This document shows, one piece after another, positions 48,087-58,299 of a DNA stretch of 64,000 nucleotides. The stretch comes from Thermoanaerobaculia bacterium. GTDB taxonomy: Bacteria; Acidobacteriota; Thermoanaerobaculia; Multivoradales; Multivoraceae. The stretch spans positions 4,416,001 through 4,480,000 of the forward strand of contig OY761158.1 of NCBI GenBank assembly GCA_963664405.1, in the 5' to 3' direction. Under the pieces are notes generated by a model, which was given only the letters and a program-made list of their open reading frames with translations, searched no databases and was not told the DNA's origin. Position numbers and translations under genes: made by a program. How positions within the stretch are numbered: position 1 is the stretch's first letter; each line of letters begins with the position of its first letter.

Positions 48087-48983
48087 ATGACGAACGCACT
48101 GGAACACCCCGGAAAGCTCGGCGTCTGGACCGGGATCGATGGCTACACTTCGGCGGAGGCCGCCGAGTTCGTCCAGCAGTTGGAGAAGTGGGAGTACAGC
48201 ACTCTGTGGATTCCGGAGGCGGTCGGGCGCGATCCTTTCTCGATGATCGGCTTTCTTGCCGCTCACACCGAGAAGCTCGTCTACGCGACAGGCATTGCCA
48301 ACATCTACGCCCGCGACGCGATTCTCGCCAAGGCGATCAAGCAGACTCTGGCCGAAATGCTGCCGGGGCGCTTCATCCTCGGGCTGGGTGTCTCTCATCC
48401 ACATCTCGTTTCTCGGCTGCGCGGGCACGAGTGGCTGCCGCCGGTTGCGAAGATGCGGGAGTATCTGGAGGCGATCGAGGCGGGGCTCTATATGGGGCCC
48501 TCTCCGGAGCACGAGGCGCCGATCGTGATCGCGGCTCTGCGCCCGCTGATGCTGAAGCTGGCGCGCGAGGCGGCGCGAGGCGCCCACCCCTATCTCGTGA
48601 CACCGGAGCACACCCGCAGGGCACGAGAGATTCTGGGCGACGGCCCCTGGTTGTGCCCAGAGCAGAAGCTGATTTTGGAGACCGACGCCGACACCGCCCG
48701 GGGCATCGCACGCGCGGCCCTCAAGGTCTACCTACGTGCGCCGAATTATCAGAACAGCCTGCTCGAGCTGGGGTTCAGCGCCGAGGATTTTGCCGAAGGC
48801 GTGGCGTCGGACGCACTTGTCGACGCGCTTGTCGTCTGGGGCGACGAGGAGGCTCTTCGAGCGCGTATCCAGGAGCATTGGGACTCAGGAGCCGACCACG
48901 TCTGCATCCAAGCAATCCGTAGCGACGGCAAGCCAGGGCCCGATCTCAGAGCCTTGGAGCTTCTGGCTCCTGAGGCCGGCTAG
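48087..48983 (+). CDS. LLM-class (probably F420-dependent) oxidoreductase
   Basis: WIPEAVGRD, ATGIANIYAR, RFILGLGVSH, GAHPY, GADHVCIQ. Confidence 0.9.
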   Translation: MTNALEHPGKLGVWTGIDGYTSAEAAEFVQQLEKWEYSTLWIPEAVGRDPFSMIGFLAAHTEKLVYATGIANIYARDAILAKAIKQTLAEMLPGRFILGLGVSHPHLVSRLRGHEWLPPVAKMREYLEAIEAGLYMGPSPEHEAPIVIAALRPLMLKLAREAARGAHPYLVTPEHTRRAREILGDGPWLCPEQKLILETDADTARGIARAALKVYLRAPNYQNSLLELGFSAEDFAEGVASDALVDALVVWGDEEALRARIQEHWDSGADHVCIQAIRSDGKPGPDLRALELLAPEAG

Positions 48984-48987
48984 AGCT

Positions 48988-49986
48988 GTGAGACGCTCAC
49001 TGTTGCTCGTTGCACTTCTCGCCCTGTTGGCCTGCAGCCGGAGCTCTCCGGCGCCGGCGCCGGTGCTCAGCGAGCCAGCAGCTTCGTCGGACGACCGACA
49101 GGCGGCGACCGTCACCATACTCACGACCAACGCGGCCGACATGGTTGGCAAGGGCGAATGGAGCTTCGCGGCCTGGGTCGAAACGTCGGAGGGGGCGCTG
49201 CTCTTCGACACCGGCTGGTCGCCACGCAATGTCCTGGAGAATGCCGAGGCGTTGGGGATCGATCTCTCAGTTGCTGAGAATCTGGTCCTGAGCCACCACC
49301 ACGGCGATCACACGGGGGGGCTCGTTACCCTGCGCCGCGAGCTCATGAAACGCAATCCGAAGGCGCTGTCGCGGATTCACGTGGCCGAAGGAATCTTCAC
49401 CTCCCGGCCGGGGTCCGGAGGCTCGGAGCGCAATCCGATGCTCGCGGCGCGCGCCGAGATCGAAGCGACAGGGGCCGAGTTCATCATTCACGAAGAGCCG
49501 GCCGAGATCGCGCCAGGCGTCTGGGTCACAGGACCCGTTCCGCGCGTGCATGACGAGCGTACCTACCCTCGTGGCCCCGAGCGGATTCTCGAAGAGGCCG
49601 GCGAGATCCGTCCCGACACGGTTCCAGAGAGCCAGTCGCTCTTGGTCGTTGCCGAAGGCGGCCCCATCCTGGTCTCGGGGTGCGGCCACGCCGGTCTCAT
49701 CAACACCCTGGAGTACTCTCGTGGCCGGATCGTCGACGAGCCGGTCCAGAGCGCGATCGGCGGTTTTCATCTCTTTGCCGCTGACGACGAGGTGCTGCAG
49801 TGGACGGCCGAGCGGGCGTCGGATGCAGGCCTCGGCGGATTCCTGGGCTCCCACTGCACAGGTTTCGAGAGCGTCTACCGCATCCGCGATCTGGCCGGCC
49901 TGAGCCGCGACAGCGCGCGTGTCGGTGCGATCGGAACCCGCTACGTGGCCGGAAGCGGTATCGTGCCGGGGGCGATCAACCGATAA
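48988..49986 (+). CDS. MBL-fold metallo-hydrolase lipoprotein
   Basis: Lipobox LLAC, GEWSF, LFDTG, SHHHGDHTGG, GCGHAG, GGFH, SHCTG. Confidence 0.9.
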   Translation: MRRSLLLVALLALLACSRSSPAPAPVLSEPAASSDDRQAATVTILTTNAADMVGKGEWSFAAWVETSEGALLFDTGWSPRNVLENAEALGIDLSVAENLVLSHHHGDHTGGLVTLRRELMKRNPKALSRIHVAEGIFTSRPGSGGSERNPMLAARAEIEATGAEFIIHEEPAEIAPGVWVTGPVPRVHDERTYPRGPERILEEAGEIRPDTVPESQSLLVVAEGGPILVSGCGHAGLINTLEYSRGRIVDEPVQSAIGGFHLFAADDEVLQWTAERASDAGLGGFLGSHCTGFESVYRIRDLAGLSRDSARVGAIGTRYVAGSGIVPGAINR

Positions 49987-50050
49987 GAGCGGCGCCCTCG
50001 TGCGCGAGACTTGCCCTGCCGAGTAGCCCTGCACCTTTTCTCTCGCTTGC

Positions 50051-50217
50051 ACTAGACCAGCGTTTCCGAAGTTCGCGCACAGTTCTCGGCCCCTTCTGCC
50101 CGCTGGCGGCGTTGCGCCTCCTCGACATAGTCCCTGCTATGCCTGCGTCGGCGCGCCTTGCCAGCGAACAGAATGACCTCGAGCTCTGTACACGAACTTC
50201 GGAAACGCTGGTCTAGT
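50051..50217. mobile_element. 167-bp palindromic MITE-like element
   Basis: 25-bp perfect terminal IR ACTAGACCAGCGTTTCCGAAGTTCG with CTAG at both ends; interior also self-complementary. Confidence 0.8.
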
Positions 50218-50237
50218 CTCAATACGAATCGGAGGGA

Positions 50238-50759
50238 GTGATGCGCACTTTGTCGATGGCGGTCGTCGGGTTGGTGGCGTTTGTTGTGGAGGCGCTGGCT
50301 CAATCGGGCGGGCGGCCAGCCATCGAACATCTGGCCTTCGAGGTCGAGGGTCACGGTGAGATGACCTACGGCATCTCCTTACCGGCCGGGGACGATCGGA
50401 CGCGCGTCCTGGTGACCGGATTCAGCCTCGGCGGCCGCGGCACCTGGTTCTTTGCCACCGGCCATCCTGAGCTCTTTACCGGCGCAATTTCGATCGCGGG
50501 GTCACCCGCTAACGAGCCACTCGACGCACTCGGTGACATGCCTATCGCGATCATTCACAGCCGCGCAGACGAGGTCGTCCCGTTCGGACCGGCCGAGGCG
50601 GCCGCCCAGGCGCTCGAGGCCGCAAAGCACCCCGTGCGCTTCACCGTGCTCGAAGGGGTTGGGCACTTCGCGATGGGAGGCTATGTGAGCGCTCTCCGCG
50701 ACGCTGGCGACTGGATTGTCGAGCAGTGGGACGGCCGCAAGCTCGGTTCTGCCGATTAG
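50238..50759 (+). pseudogene. Alpha/beta hydrolase (esterase/peptidase-like) with probable in-frame internal deletion
   Basis: GFSLGG nucleophile, HSRADEVV and GH are present, but YGISLP is joined directly to DRTRVLVTG. Confidence 0.65.
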
Positions 50760-50835
50760 CCCTGCACTTCCTAGCTGGGCCCCGCTCGTAGCAGCGCTGT
50801 GGGAGACTTCAGAGATCTCTTCAAAGGAGGTCTCC

Positions 50836-52395
50836 ATGAAGTCGAAAATATTCCCCATCTTCCCGATTCTCGTCCTTCTCGTCGCCGGCGCCGCCATCGC
50901 GGTCGACTGGATCGACACTGTCGCCATCCACTCCGGCCGGATTCAAGGCGAGACCGCCGATGACGGTATTCGCGTCTTTCGCGGCATTCCCTTCGCCGCC
51001 CCGCCGATCGGCGACCTGCGCTGGCGTCCGCCGCAGGATGTCGCGTCCTGGCCCGGCGTGCGCGACGCGACCGGGTTCGGCGCGGCTTGCCCCCAGGCAC
51101 CGGTGCTTGCGCGGATGGACACGAGACCGGCGACCTTCGACGAAGATTGCCTCTACCTCAACATCTGGACGCCCGCGGCCAACCCGGACGAGGCACTCCC
51201 GGTCATGGTCTGGATCCACGGCGGCGGCCTGAGCGTCGGCTACAGCCACCAGGGGATGTACGACGGCACGGCCTTTGCCAAGCAGGGAGTCGTGATCATG
51301 AGCGTCAACTACCGTCTCGGCCCCCTCGGTTTTCTCGCCCATCCGGCTCTGTCGAAGGAGTCGAAGACCGGCGTATCGGGCAACTACGGCTTTCTCGACC
51401 AGGTCGCCAGCCTCGAGTGGGTACATCGAAATGTCGCCGCCTTCGGTGGCGACCCGCGCCGCGTCACCATCTTCGGCGAATCAGCTGGCGCTACCAGCGT
51501 TTTTGCACTCCTCGCCTCGCCGACCACCAAGGGCCTCTTTCAGGGGGCGATCGCGGAGAGCCCCTGGGTCAACGAGACCAACGTCGCCTACCAATCGCGC
51601 AAGACCCCGTTCGCCGACAGTGGCGAAGCCCAGGGCGTGGTCTTCGCCACCAAGCTCCTCGGCGAGAACGCGTCGCTGGCCGACTTGCGCGCGTTCGACG
51701 CCGACGAGATGATCACGACTGACGGCTTCGCTCCTTTCATCAACGTCGACGGTCAGTTCATGCCCGAGCTGTCCGAGAAGATCTTTGCCGCCGGCAAGCA
51801 GCACAACGTCCCTATGATCGTTGGCACCAACACCAACGAGGGCACCATGTTCATGGGCGGCTTCGTCACGTGCCTCGACGCGTTCACCGGCCCTATCACC
51901 AAGCTCTACGGTGATCAGGCCGAGAAGGTCCTCGCCCTCTACCCGGCGGCCTCGAAGGAGGATCTGCCGACCGTCGCTGACCGTTACATCACCGATGCCT
52001 GGTTCGTGCGCGCCAGTCGGGCGATGCTCAATGGACATGGCGAAGTGAGCTCGCCGGCCTTCCAGTACCACTTCACCAAGAAGAGCCGCTCGATCCCGGC
52101 CTGGGGCGCACACCACGCCAACGAGCTCGGTTACGTCTTCAATACCTACCAGGGCTTCGGCCCGCCTGCGGAGCCTGACGCTTCCGAGCTGGCGCTGGGT
52201 GGAGCGATGATCGAGTACTGGTCTCAGTTCGCCAAGACCGGCGACCCCAACACCGAAGGTCGGCCCGAGTGGCCCACCTTCGAGCCGGGGTCTGAGAAGT
52301 TCCTCGAGCTGGGTGACGAGATCCGCGTCGGCGCCGAGCTCCAGAAAGAGAGCTGCGACACCCTCGAGGCCGTGATCGCCAAGTTGGGCGGTTAG
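50836..52395 (+). CDS. Secreted type-B carboxylesterase
   Basis: GIPFAAPP, EDCLYLNIW, WIHGGG, FGESAG, GTNTNE, H..EL. Confidence 0.95.
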   Translation: MKSKIFPIFPILVLLVAGAAIAVDWIDTVAIHSGRIQGETADDGIRVFRGIPFAAPPIGDLRWRPPQDVASWPGVRDATGFGAACPQAPVLARMDTRPATFDEDCLYLNIWTPAANPDEALPVMVWIHGGGLSVGYSHQGMYDGTAFAKQGVVIMSVNYRLGPLGFLAHPALSKESKTGVSGNYGFLDQVASLEWVHRNVAAFGGDPRRVTIFGESAGATSVFALLASPTTKGLFQGAIAESPWVNETNVAYQSRKTPFADSGEAQGVVFATKLLGENASLADLRAFDADEMITTDGFAPFINVDGQFMPELSEKIFAAGKQHNVPMIVGTNTNEGTMFMGGFVTCLDAFTGPITKLYGDQAEKVLALYPAASKEDLPTVADRYITDAWFVRASRAMLNGHGEVSSPAFQYHFTKKSRSIPAWGAHHANELGYVFNTYQGFGPPAEPDASELALGGAMIEYWSQFAKTGDPNTEGRPEWPTFEPGSEKFLELGDEIRVGAELQKESCDTLEAVIAKLGG

Positions 52396-52616
52396 CTGCT
52401 GGCGCAGCTTGCCTTGAAGGCCGGAGCCTCCTCCGGCTGAGCCTACCCAGGGGCTGGGGAGCTTGCGATCGTAGGCGGTCCGCTGCGACGTCTCGCCGGC
52501 TCCTAGATTCTTCCCTCCTCGAGGTGCCTCGCCAAGGTGCCCACCCACTTCTCCCCTATAATCAGCTCGGGCGGCTCGGCGGGCGAGTCGAGCAACAACT
52601 CGACGGAGCGATAATT

Positions 52617-52988
52617 ATGAACATGCTACGCGGGCTCTTTGTCTTGGGTGTCGGCTATCTGCCTCTCGCCCTCGTCTCGAGCAGCGTTGTCTCGAGCTTG
52701 TTCACCGACACGCTCAAGCCCGACATCAACGATGTCATTCTGAGTTTCATCGGCATGGTGGTGGTCGCGCTGGTTGCCGGAGTCGTGTGCGCATGGATTG
52801 CGGGCTCGGCGAATCACCCGGCGATCTACTTGGTCCTCTTTGCCATCGGAATGATGGGCCTTCGGTCGCTGATTCTGGGCACCGGTATCGAGCCTGGGTG
52901 GTACCGGCTCGTGGGCCCTCTAGCTCAGGGTATCGGCTTCCTGTTCGGTGCCTCGCTGGCACCGCGCCGCCTCGAGCGCGGAGTGTGA
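52617..52988 (+). CDS. Small 4-TM membrane protein
   Basis: Four hydrophobic segments, P.WY motif. Confidence 0.7.
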   Translation: MNMLRGLFVLGVGYLPLALVSSSVVSSLFTDTLKPDINDVILSFIGMVVVALVAGVVCAWIAGSANHPAIYLVLFAIGMMGLRSLILGTGIEPGWYRLVGPLAQGIGFLFGASLAPRRLERGV

Positions 52989-53062
52989 GGTCCGGCGATC
53001 CATCGTCGCCCTGACGGTTTGGCGAGCGGCGTCGGAGCGAGCATCAGCCAGCGTTCGGGCCG

Positions 53063-53557
53063 ATGAGCTCTCATTCCGCGGCGCTCTTTCTCGCCGATCA
53101 TCTCGATTTGGCAGAGGGCGCGCGGAGTGCGGTTCTGTTTTGTCTGATGCTCGGCGGTGTGCTGGGCTTGCTGACGACAGATCGGCTGCTTCGAAGCCAT
53201 GAGCCCTTGAAGGTCTTGCGTTGGGCGTGTGTTGCCTGTGCGATCTCTTACGCCTGCTGGCTCTTTGCGCCCGGTCTTGTTGCGAGCGCTCTGTTGCTTG
53301 GAGCCACCGGCTTTTTCGGTGCTGCTCTTTACCCGATTGTAAAGGCCAGGGCGTATCGCGCTCTGCCACGTCAGAGCGGCATGGTCAATGCGGTCTCCCA
53401 TATCTTTACGCCACTCGAGATCGCATTGCCGCTCGGACTCGGCCTCGTTGCAGACGTGTTCGGTTTGACCGCCGCGCTGGTAGTACTGATCGCGCAGCCG
53501 GTGGGGATCTTGGTGCTGGCGTCGCTGCCCCTCGCCAAGGAGGCTCAGGTGAGCTGA
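53063..53557 (+). pseudogene. C-terminal half of an MFS transporter
   Basis: About 5-6 TM segments with LTTDRLL and GLVADVFG loops; no N-terminal half. Confidence 0.65.
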
Positions 53558-53644
53558 GGCGGCGAGCTCGAGCTTGTTGGAGATGGGGGAGCAGGCATTC
53601 GACCGCGACGTGTGGCCGATCGAAGCTGAGGTAGATCGCTGAAG

Positions 53645-53860
53645 CTACGCTTCCGAACCGACGGCGGCCTTGGCCTTCTTAGCGATCTCCAGCCAGCTGA
53701 AGAACTCCTCGGGAAGAAGTTCCGCAGGTGCCGTCTCGCGAACGAAGGCCAGATAGGGAAGGGCCTCCTCGGGGCTGCCGTTCCTGCACAGCTCGATGCC
53801 GCGTTTTAGGAGTCGGCCCAGTGGGTCGTCTTCACTGAGTTGGTGAGAGTGATCAATCAT
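53645..53860 (-). CDS. Short TPR-like hypothetical protein
   Basis: LKRGIELCRNG..EEALPYL. Confidence 0.45.
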   Translation of the reverse strand: MIDHSHQLSEDDPLGRLLKRGIELCRNGSPEEALPYLAFVRETAPAELLPEEFFSWLEIAKKAKAAVGSEA

Positions 53861-54118
53861 ATGCGGCCGTTCCGCTAGTTACCCGAGGCCCGAATCTCGA
53901 TGATGTCGGATTGCGAGTTGTAGTGTGCCTTCGCGCCGTCAGGGCAGCGTCAGGAGAGGGTCAGGTTCACTGACGGAAATAGGACTGCTGAAAGCAACGG
54001 GGGAGATGCACTGGCTGCCGGCGACGCCGGCTCGGTCGCGCATACCTATGAGCAAGCGCCCCGCTGGCACATGTTGCATCCTCCGGTCTAGAAGAGCCGC
54101 CCGCTGAGCGCAGCGCAG

Positions 54119-54688
54119 CTACGGCTCGATCGCAGGCTCCCGGCAGACGTTGAACTTGCTGGTGCGATGGAGCTCGAACTCTTCGTTGGTCGGCGAATCG
54201 CTTCTGGTCCAGTGGCCGTTCTCACAGGCCCAGACTTGCTCCAGGGCGGTGAACTTCAGCGATAACGCGATCAGGACCCAGCACCTCGCCACTTTGATGT
54301 GAGCCGAGAAGCCGGTAATGGTCGGTCGTCTGTAGAGGGTTAGGCCCGAGCCCGCTTCGCCGGGGGAACCGACTCCGCCGGGGGGTGCGTCGCTCTCGCC
54401 GGCAATCCTTGGCCATAATGAGGCCCAAGAGACTTCGAAGTCCACCGGGTGCGCACCACTGGCGATGGCGACCTCTTCCTCGAAGTACTGGATGAGCGTG
54501 CCGTCATCGGTGATGAGCGGGTCGTCGGGTGACCAACCGGGCACGGGTACATTGGTGTTCTCGGCCAGTCTGATTGGCCTTGCCGGGTTGTAACGCGCGA
54601 CGGAAAGCTCTTCCCAGCCGGTGTTCGGCCGGGGGATGAATAAACCGTCGTGATCGCTACTGCTACTAGGCGTTCTCTGTGTCGGCAT
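54119..54688 (-). CDS. Hypothetical protein
   Basis: 189-aa ORF with ordinary composition, no recognised motif. Confidence 0.45.
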   Translation of the reverse strand: MPTQRTPSSSSDHDGLFIPRPNTGWEELSVARYNPARPIRLAENTNVPVPGWSPDDPLITDDGTLIQYFEEEVAIASGAHPVDFEVSWASLWPRIAGESDAPPGGVGSPGEAGSGLTLYRRPTITGFSAHIKVARCWVLIALSLKFTALEQVWACENGHWTRSDSPTNEEFELHRTSKFNVCREPAIEP

Positions 54689-54842
54689 TGGGTCCCCCGC
54701 AGTTGGTGGGCTTTCTACCCTCTCAAGTAGATTCTAGCCTGCCAGCCATCGTAGTGCCCTTATCTCCGAGCCTTCGATGGGTTGAGCAGCGTGGAACTAT
54801 GGATCGGTCGGCTCTAGGTAAGGTATGCTCTCGCGGCCTTTT

Positions 54843-54928
54843 GGAGGAGTGGCCGAGTGGTCAATGGCAGCAGACTGTAAATCTGCCGGGAATTCCCTAC
54901 GGTGGTTCAAATCCATCCTCCTCCACCA
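54843..54928 (+). tRNA. tRNA-Tyr(GTA)
   Basis: GGAGGAG acceptor, GCAGA-CTGTAAA-TCTGC anticodon arm, long variable arm, GGTTCAAATCC, encoded CCA. Confidence 0.97.
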
Positions 54929-54933
54929 TCCCC

Positions 54934-55008
<75 letters not shown>

Positions 55009-55117
55009 TCTAAAAACAAACAACTTAGCCCTAAAGACCCTTGAAACAAGGGTTTTACTGGTGTCCACCTAGGCGCCTCTAGCTGCGCTCGTCTACTCAG
55101 CTTTGCGCCTTAGTACG

Positions 55118-55147
55118 TGGTATGATGCTGACCAGGTAGCTGACCAG
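55118..55147 (+). promoter_or_regulatory. Extended -10 (TGgTATGAT) and two GCTGACCAG arm-type repeats before the integrase
   Basis: Direct repeats at 55127-55135 and 55139-55147. Confidence 0.5.
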
Positions 55148-55160
55148 AGGTGGGTGCCTG

Positions 55161-56477
55161 GTGCCACGAGCGGCTAAACGACTGACGAAGGCGGACCTCG
55201 ACGCCCTGCGACGCATGGCCAAGGCTGAGGTAGCCTTTACTGCCTACCTGGCAGATGCGGGCCAGCCTGGCCTATGTGTCCAGGCTCGACGTGGACGTGT
55301 CCGCTTCGTTTTCGACTACCGTCCGCCGGCAGGAGGAGCACGACGACGGCTCCAGATTGACTTCTACGGTGCCATCACTCTCGACCAGGCGCGGGCGATC
55401 GCCCAGACACACCGCGCTGCCGTAGCCGCAGGCCAAGATCCCCAGGAGGAGAAGCGCCGGGCAACCCGGGAGGCGACGACTGTCAAGGACGCGGTGGTTA
55501 ACTACTTAGTAGACCTGGAAGAGCGCGCAGCGGGGCCGGCGAAGCGGGGTAAGCGGTCCGGTTACGCCGAGGCCAAGCGGCTTCTTGAGAACAACGTCCT
55601 GCCGAAGCTGAAGGATGTGCCCATTCGTGCCGTCACGGTTGAGCAGGTCCGCCGCCTTCACCGCTCCTTGGCCCCAGTCGAGGCTAACCGCACACTAACG
55701 GCGTTCTCGGCCGTGTTCGGCTTCACCGCCATCGAGGAATTGACGCCATCGGGTTTCAACCCTTGCCGGCACGTCACCAGAAATGAGGAGGCGGGGGAGC
55801 GGCGGGCGCTCACCACCAAGCAACTCGAGAAGCTGGGCGAGAAGATGGGGGAGCTTGAGGAGAAGGGTGACCTAAAGCCCTCGGCGCTGCTCGCCATCCG
55901 ATTGCTGGCTCTCACTGGGCTTCGCCGCTCGGAGCTTCTAGGCCACTCGGCGAAGAATCGCCGCGGCAAACGAGAGGGGCTTCGATGGGGGGATGTCGAC
56001 CTCAAGGCAGGTGTGATTCACTTGCGTGACACGAAGACCGGACGGCAGACACGGGTTATCGGTAAAGCGGCGGTGAAGCTGCTCAAGGATGCCAAGCCGA
56101 AGAGTGTCGACGAGTCGGAGCCGGTCTGCCCTGGGAAGGATCCGCGTCAACCGCTCGTTGGTATCGACAAGGCTCGTAGGACTGCTTACGAGGCCGCAGG
56201 CCTCGCGGAGTTGCCGGGGATAGACCTACACAGCCTGAGGCATACCTTCGCCTCTACGGGGGCGCACGTGGCCAACGGGCGGTACACGGGGCACGTAGGT
56301 GCGCTTTTAGGGCATGGCTACACGAAGCGCAGCATTACCGACCGCTACATCACGAGCGACCCGGAGGCGCTGCGACCGGCAGCGGACGCGATTGCGGGCG
56401 AGGTAGCAGTCCAGCTCGGGATCGACAAGCGGGGGGAGGTTGTTCCTTTTCCCGGAAAGCAGAGCGCGAGGAACTAA
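55161..56477 (+). CDS. Tyrosine integrase with N-terminal arm-binding domain
   Basis: GLCV..F.FDYR..YGAITLDQAR; catalytic R (TGLRRSE), K (TKTG), HSLRH, LLGH and Y (TDRY) all present. Confidence 0.95.
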   Translation: MPRAAKRLTKADLDALRRMAKAEVAFTAYLADAGQPGLCVQARRGRVRFVFDYRPPAGGARRRLQIDFYGAITLDQARAIAQTHRAAVAAGQDPQEEKRRATREATTVKDAVVNYLVDLEERAAGPAKRGKRSGYAEAKRLLENNVLPKLKDVPIRAVTVEQVRRLHRSLAPVEANRTLTAFSAVFGFTAIEELTPSGFNPCRHVTRNEEAGERRALTTKQLEKLGEKMGELEEKGDLKPSALLAIRLLALTGLRRSELLGHSAKNRRGKREGLRWGDVDLKAGVIHLRDTKTGRQTRVIGKAAVKLLKDAKPKSVDESEPVCPGKDPRQPLVGIDKARRTAYEAAGLAELPGIDLHSLRHTFASTGAHVANGRYTGHVGALLGHGYTKRSITDRYITSDPEALRPAADAIAGEVAVQLGIDKRGEVVPFPGKQSARN

Positions 56478-56505
56478 AGTGCGCCTACCACTCGCTGCTC
56501 CCTCG

Positions 56506-57027
56506 TTACTCTAGGAGGCCTAGCGCACGGTGGCCTGGCACCTTGTCTCGGAGACGGTTACACCTCATCCGGACCTGGTCTCCAGTAAGAGTGCGCCCGG
56601 TTCGTTGCTCCACCTTTTTAGCAATCCGAGCCCAATATTCTCCTCTGCCACCTCGGCGCGGCGGGAGTTTACCAAGAGCCTTGATTTCCAGGAGGATCGC
56701 TTCGTCGAGCAAGTCCGGTACGCTGCCCGGTGCTATCTTGATCTGCCGGTAGACCTCTTTGAGGTCGGCCTCTCGAATGAAAGCGCTTCGGATCGTCACT
56801 TTGACGTATGGGAGCACGCCGTCGATGGTAACGGGAGGGTAGATCAAGGGTGTTCCTGAGAGTGCGTACGCAACGAGATCATGCTCGTCTACTCCAGTCT
56901 TGCGCTTAGCCATTTCCGCGAACGCCTTCAATGCTGCTAGCTTAGAGCCAGGGGGGACCTTGACCCCCTCTGGAGACCAGCTAAATATCTCCGTCCCTTT
57001 AGGCAAGGACGCAAGCTTCGGCGTCAC
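56506..57027 (-). CDS. Hypothetical protein with C-terminal HTH-like segment
   Basis: YWARIAKKV...DQVRMRCNRL; may form one frameshifted gene with 56999-57508. Confidence 0.55.
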   Translation of the reverse strand: MTPKLASLPKGTEIFSWSPEGVKVPPGSKLAALKAFAEMAKRKTGVDEHDLVAYALSGTPLIYPPVTIDGVLPYVKVTIRSAFIREADLKEVYRQIKIAPGSVPDLLDEAILLEIKALGKLPPRRGGRGEYWARIAKKVEQRTGRTLTGDQVRMRCNRLRDKVPGHRALGLLE

Positions 57028-57508
57028 GGAGTCCTTTGGGCTTCATATAGAACAGAAAACTCGCGGTCAGAGTTAGGCCGAACAGTGCGACCTTGATCTC
57101 CTCCCGAAGTTCCTCAGAAATGACCCTAGGTTGGATCTTAGGCTGGCTCTCAATCCATTCGTAGGCGCCAACCTCATTAAAGGGCGGGTCCTCTGTCTTG
57201 AACAGCGTTCGCCTCAGATCCTGAGCGTCTTTGTCGATTATTAGTTGCTCAAGACGGGTTGCTCCAAGCCTTGCCCCGAGTCGGGAGGCCTCGCTCCACT
57301 GGAGGGCTACTTGGTTACCAGGGGTACGGGGGGCACGCGCTCCCATGAGGCCTGCAAGCTCGACGCAACCGTTGGCCTTGGGTTTCGAGTCCCACCCCTG
57401 CCTTTGGTAGTGGGCGATCGCCACGGCGACCGCCCACGGGTGCTGCTCCCGCCCTTTGCTCCGTACATCACTCTCGAAATTGTAGTCGCGGTCTCTCCGA
57501 ACATTCAT
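56999..57508 (-). CDS. Hypothetical protein
   Basis: RBS GGAG before ATG; divergent from the excisionase-like gene. Confidence 0.5.
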   Translation of the reverse strand: MNVRRDRDYNFESDVRSKGREQHPWAVAVAIAHYQRQGWDSKPKANGCVELAGLMGARAPRTPGNQVALQWSEASRLGARLGATRLEQLIIDKDAQDLRRTLFKTEDPPFNEVGAYEWIESQPKIQPRVISEELREEIKVALFGLTLTASFLFYMKPKGLRDAEACVLA

Positions 57509-57604
57509 GATTATCTCCGTTCAATACGCTATTACTAACCATCGACGTCGAAAGCCGGGAACTCCACCCGGGTTTCGACGCGACGACGAAAGGAGAGATC
57601 CAAA

Positions 57605-57829
57605 ATGGAGATTGAGAGCGGACGCCTACTGAAAACAGCGGAGGCAGCCGCCTTATGCGGGCTGTCGCCGCGGACGCTTGAAGCGCATCGCTTTCGTGGC
57701 ACCGGCCCTGTCTATGTATCGCTGTCCCCGAGGTGCGTCAGGTACGAGCTACGCGATCTCACTGAGTGGGTCGCGAGCAGCCGGAGAATATCTACTTCCG
57801 CGGTCGCACCGCCGGACCTGGGTCTATGA
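57605..57829 (+). CDS. AlpA/excisionase-like HTH protein
   Basis: LLKTAEAAALCGLSPRTLE..R..GTGP.YV....VRY...DL.EW; RBS AAGGAG. Confidence 0.88.
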   Translation: MEIESGRLLKTAEAAALCGLSPRTLEAHRFRGTGPVYVSLSPRCVRYELRDLTEWVASSRRISTSAVAPPDLGL

Positions 57830-58299
57830 CTACCCTTACCACCGTGTCGAGAATGCCGTGGCTCCGTAACCGACTTCGCCTGGGAAGCAACGGGTCCGAC
57901 AGTGTCCAAGAGCAGCGCTTCACCCATCGAGATGAATCATGTCGGCCTGAGCTAGAGATAGAGGCGACGGCGTGCGGAGCGGTCGGCCAACCGTGGCTCG
58001 TCGATCGCCTGGAGAGGGTCCCCCAGGAGATGGCCGGGACAGGGACACCTGCCCGAACTCGAGCAGGCCGTTATGGCTCGCAACGGCAAGCGGACAGGCG
58101 ACGAGATCGCCTTCTCCTGCCCAGAACCTCAGTCCCATCGGAACGGTGACCGGAACCCACCGGCGCGGTCGAAACGACCCCGAGCTCATCGCGCCACGGA
58201 GTTCGGACTCGAGGAAGAAGCAATCAGATGACCGCGCTCCTCGACATCGAGGCGGCACGCCGCGCGCCGATCGTCTCCGTGTATGCGAGGCCGCGCATG

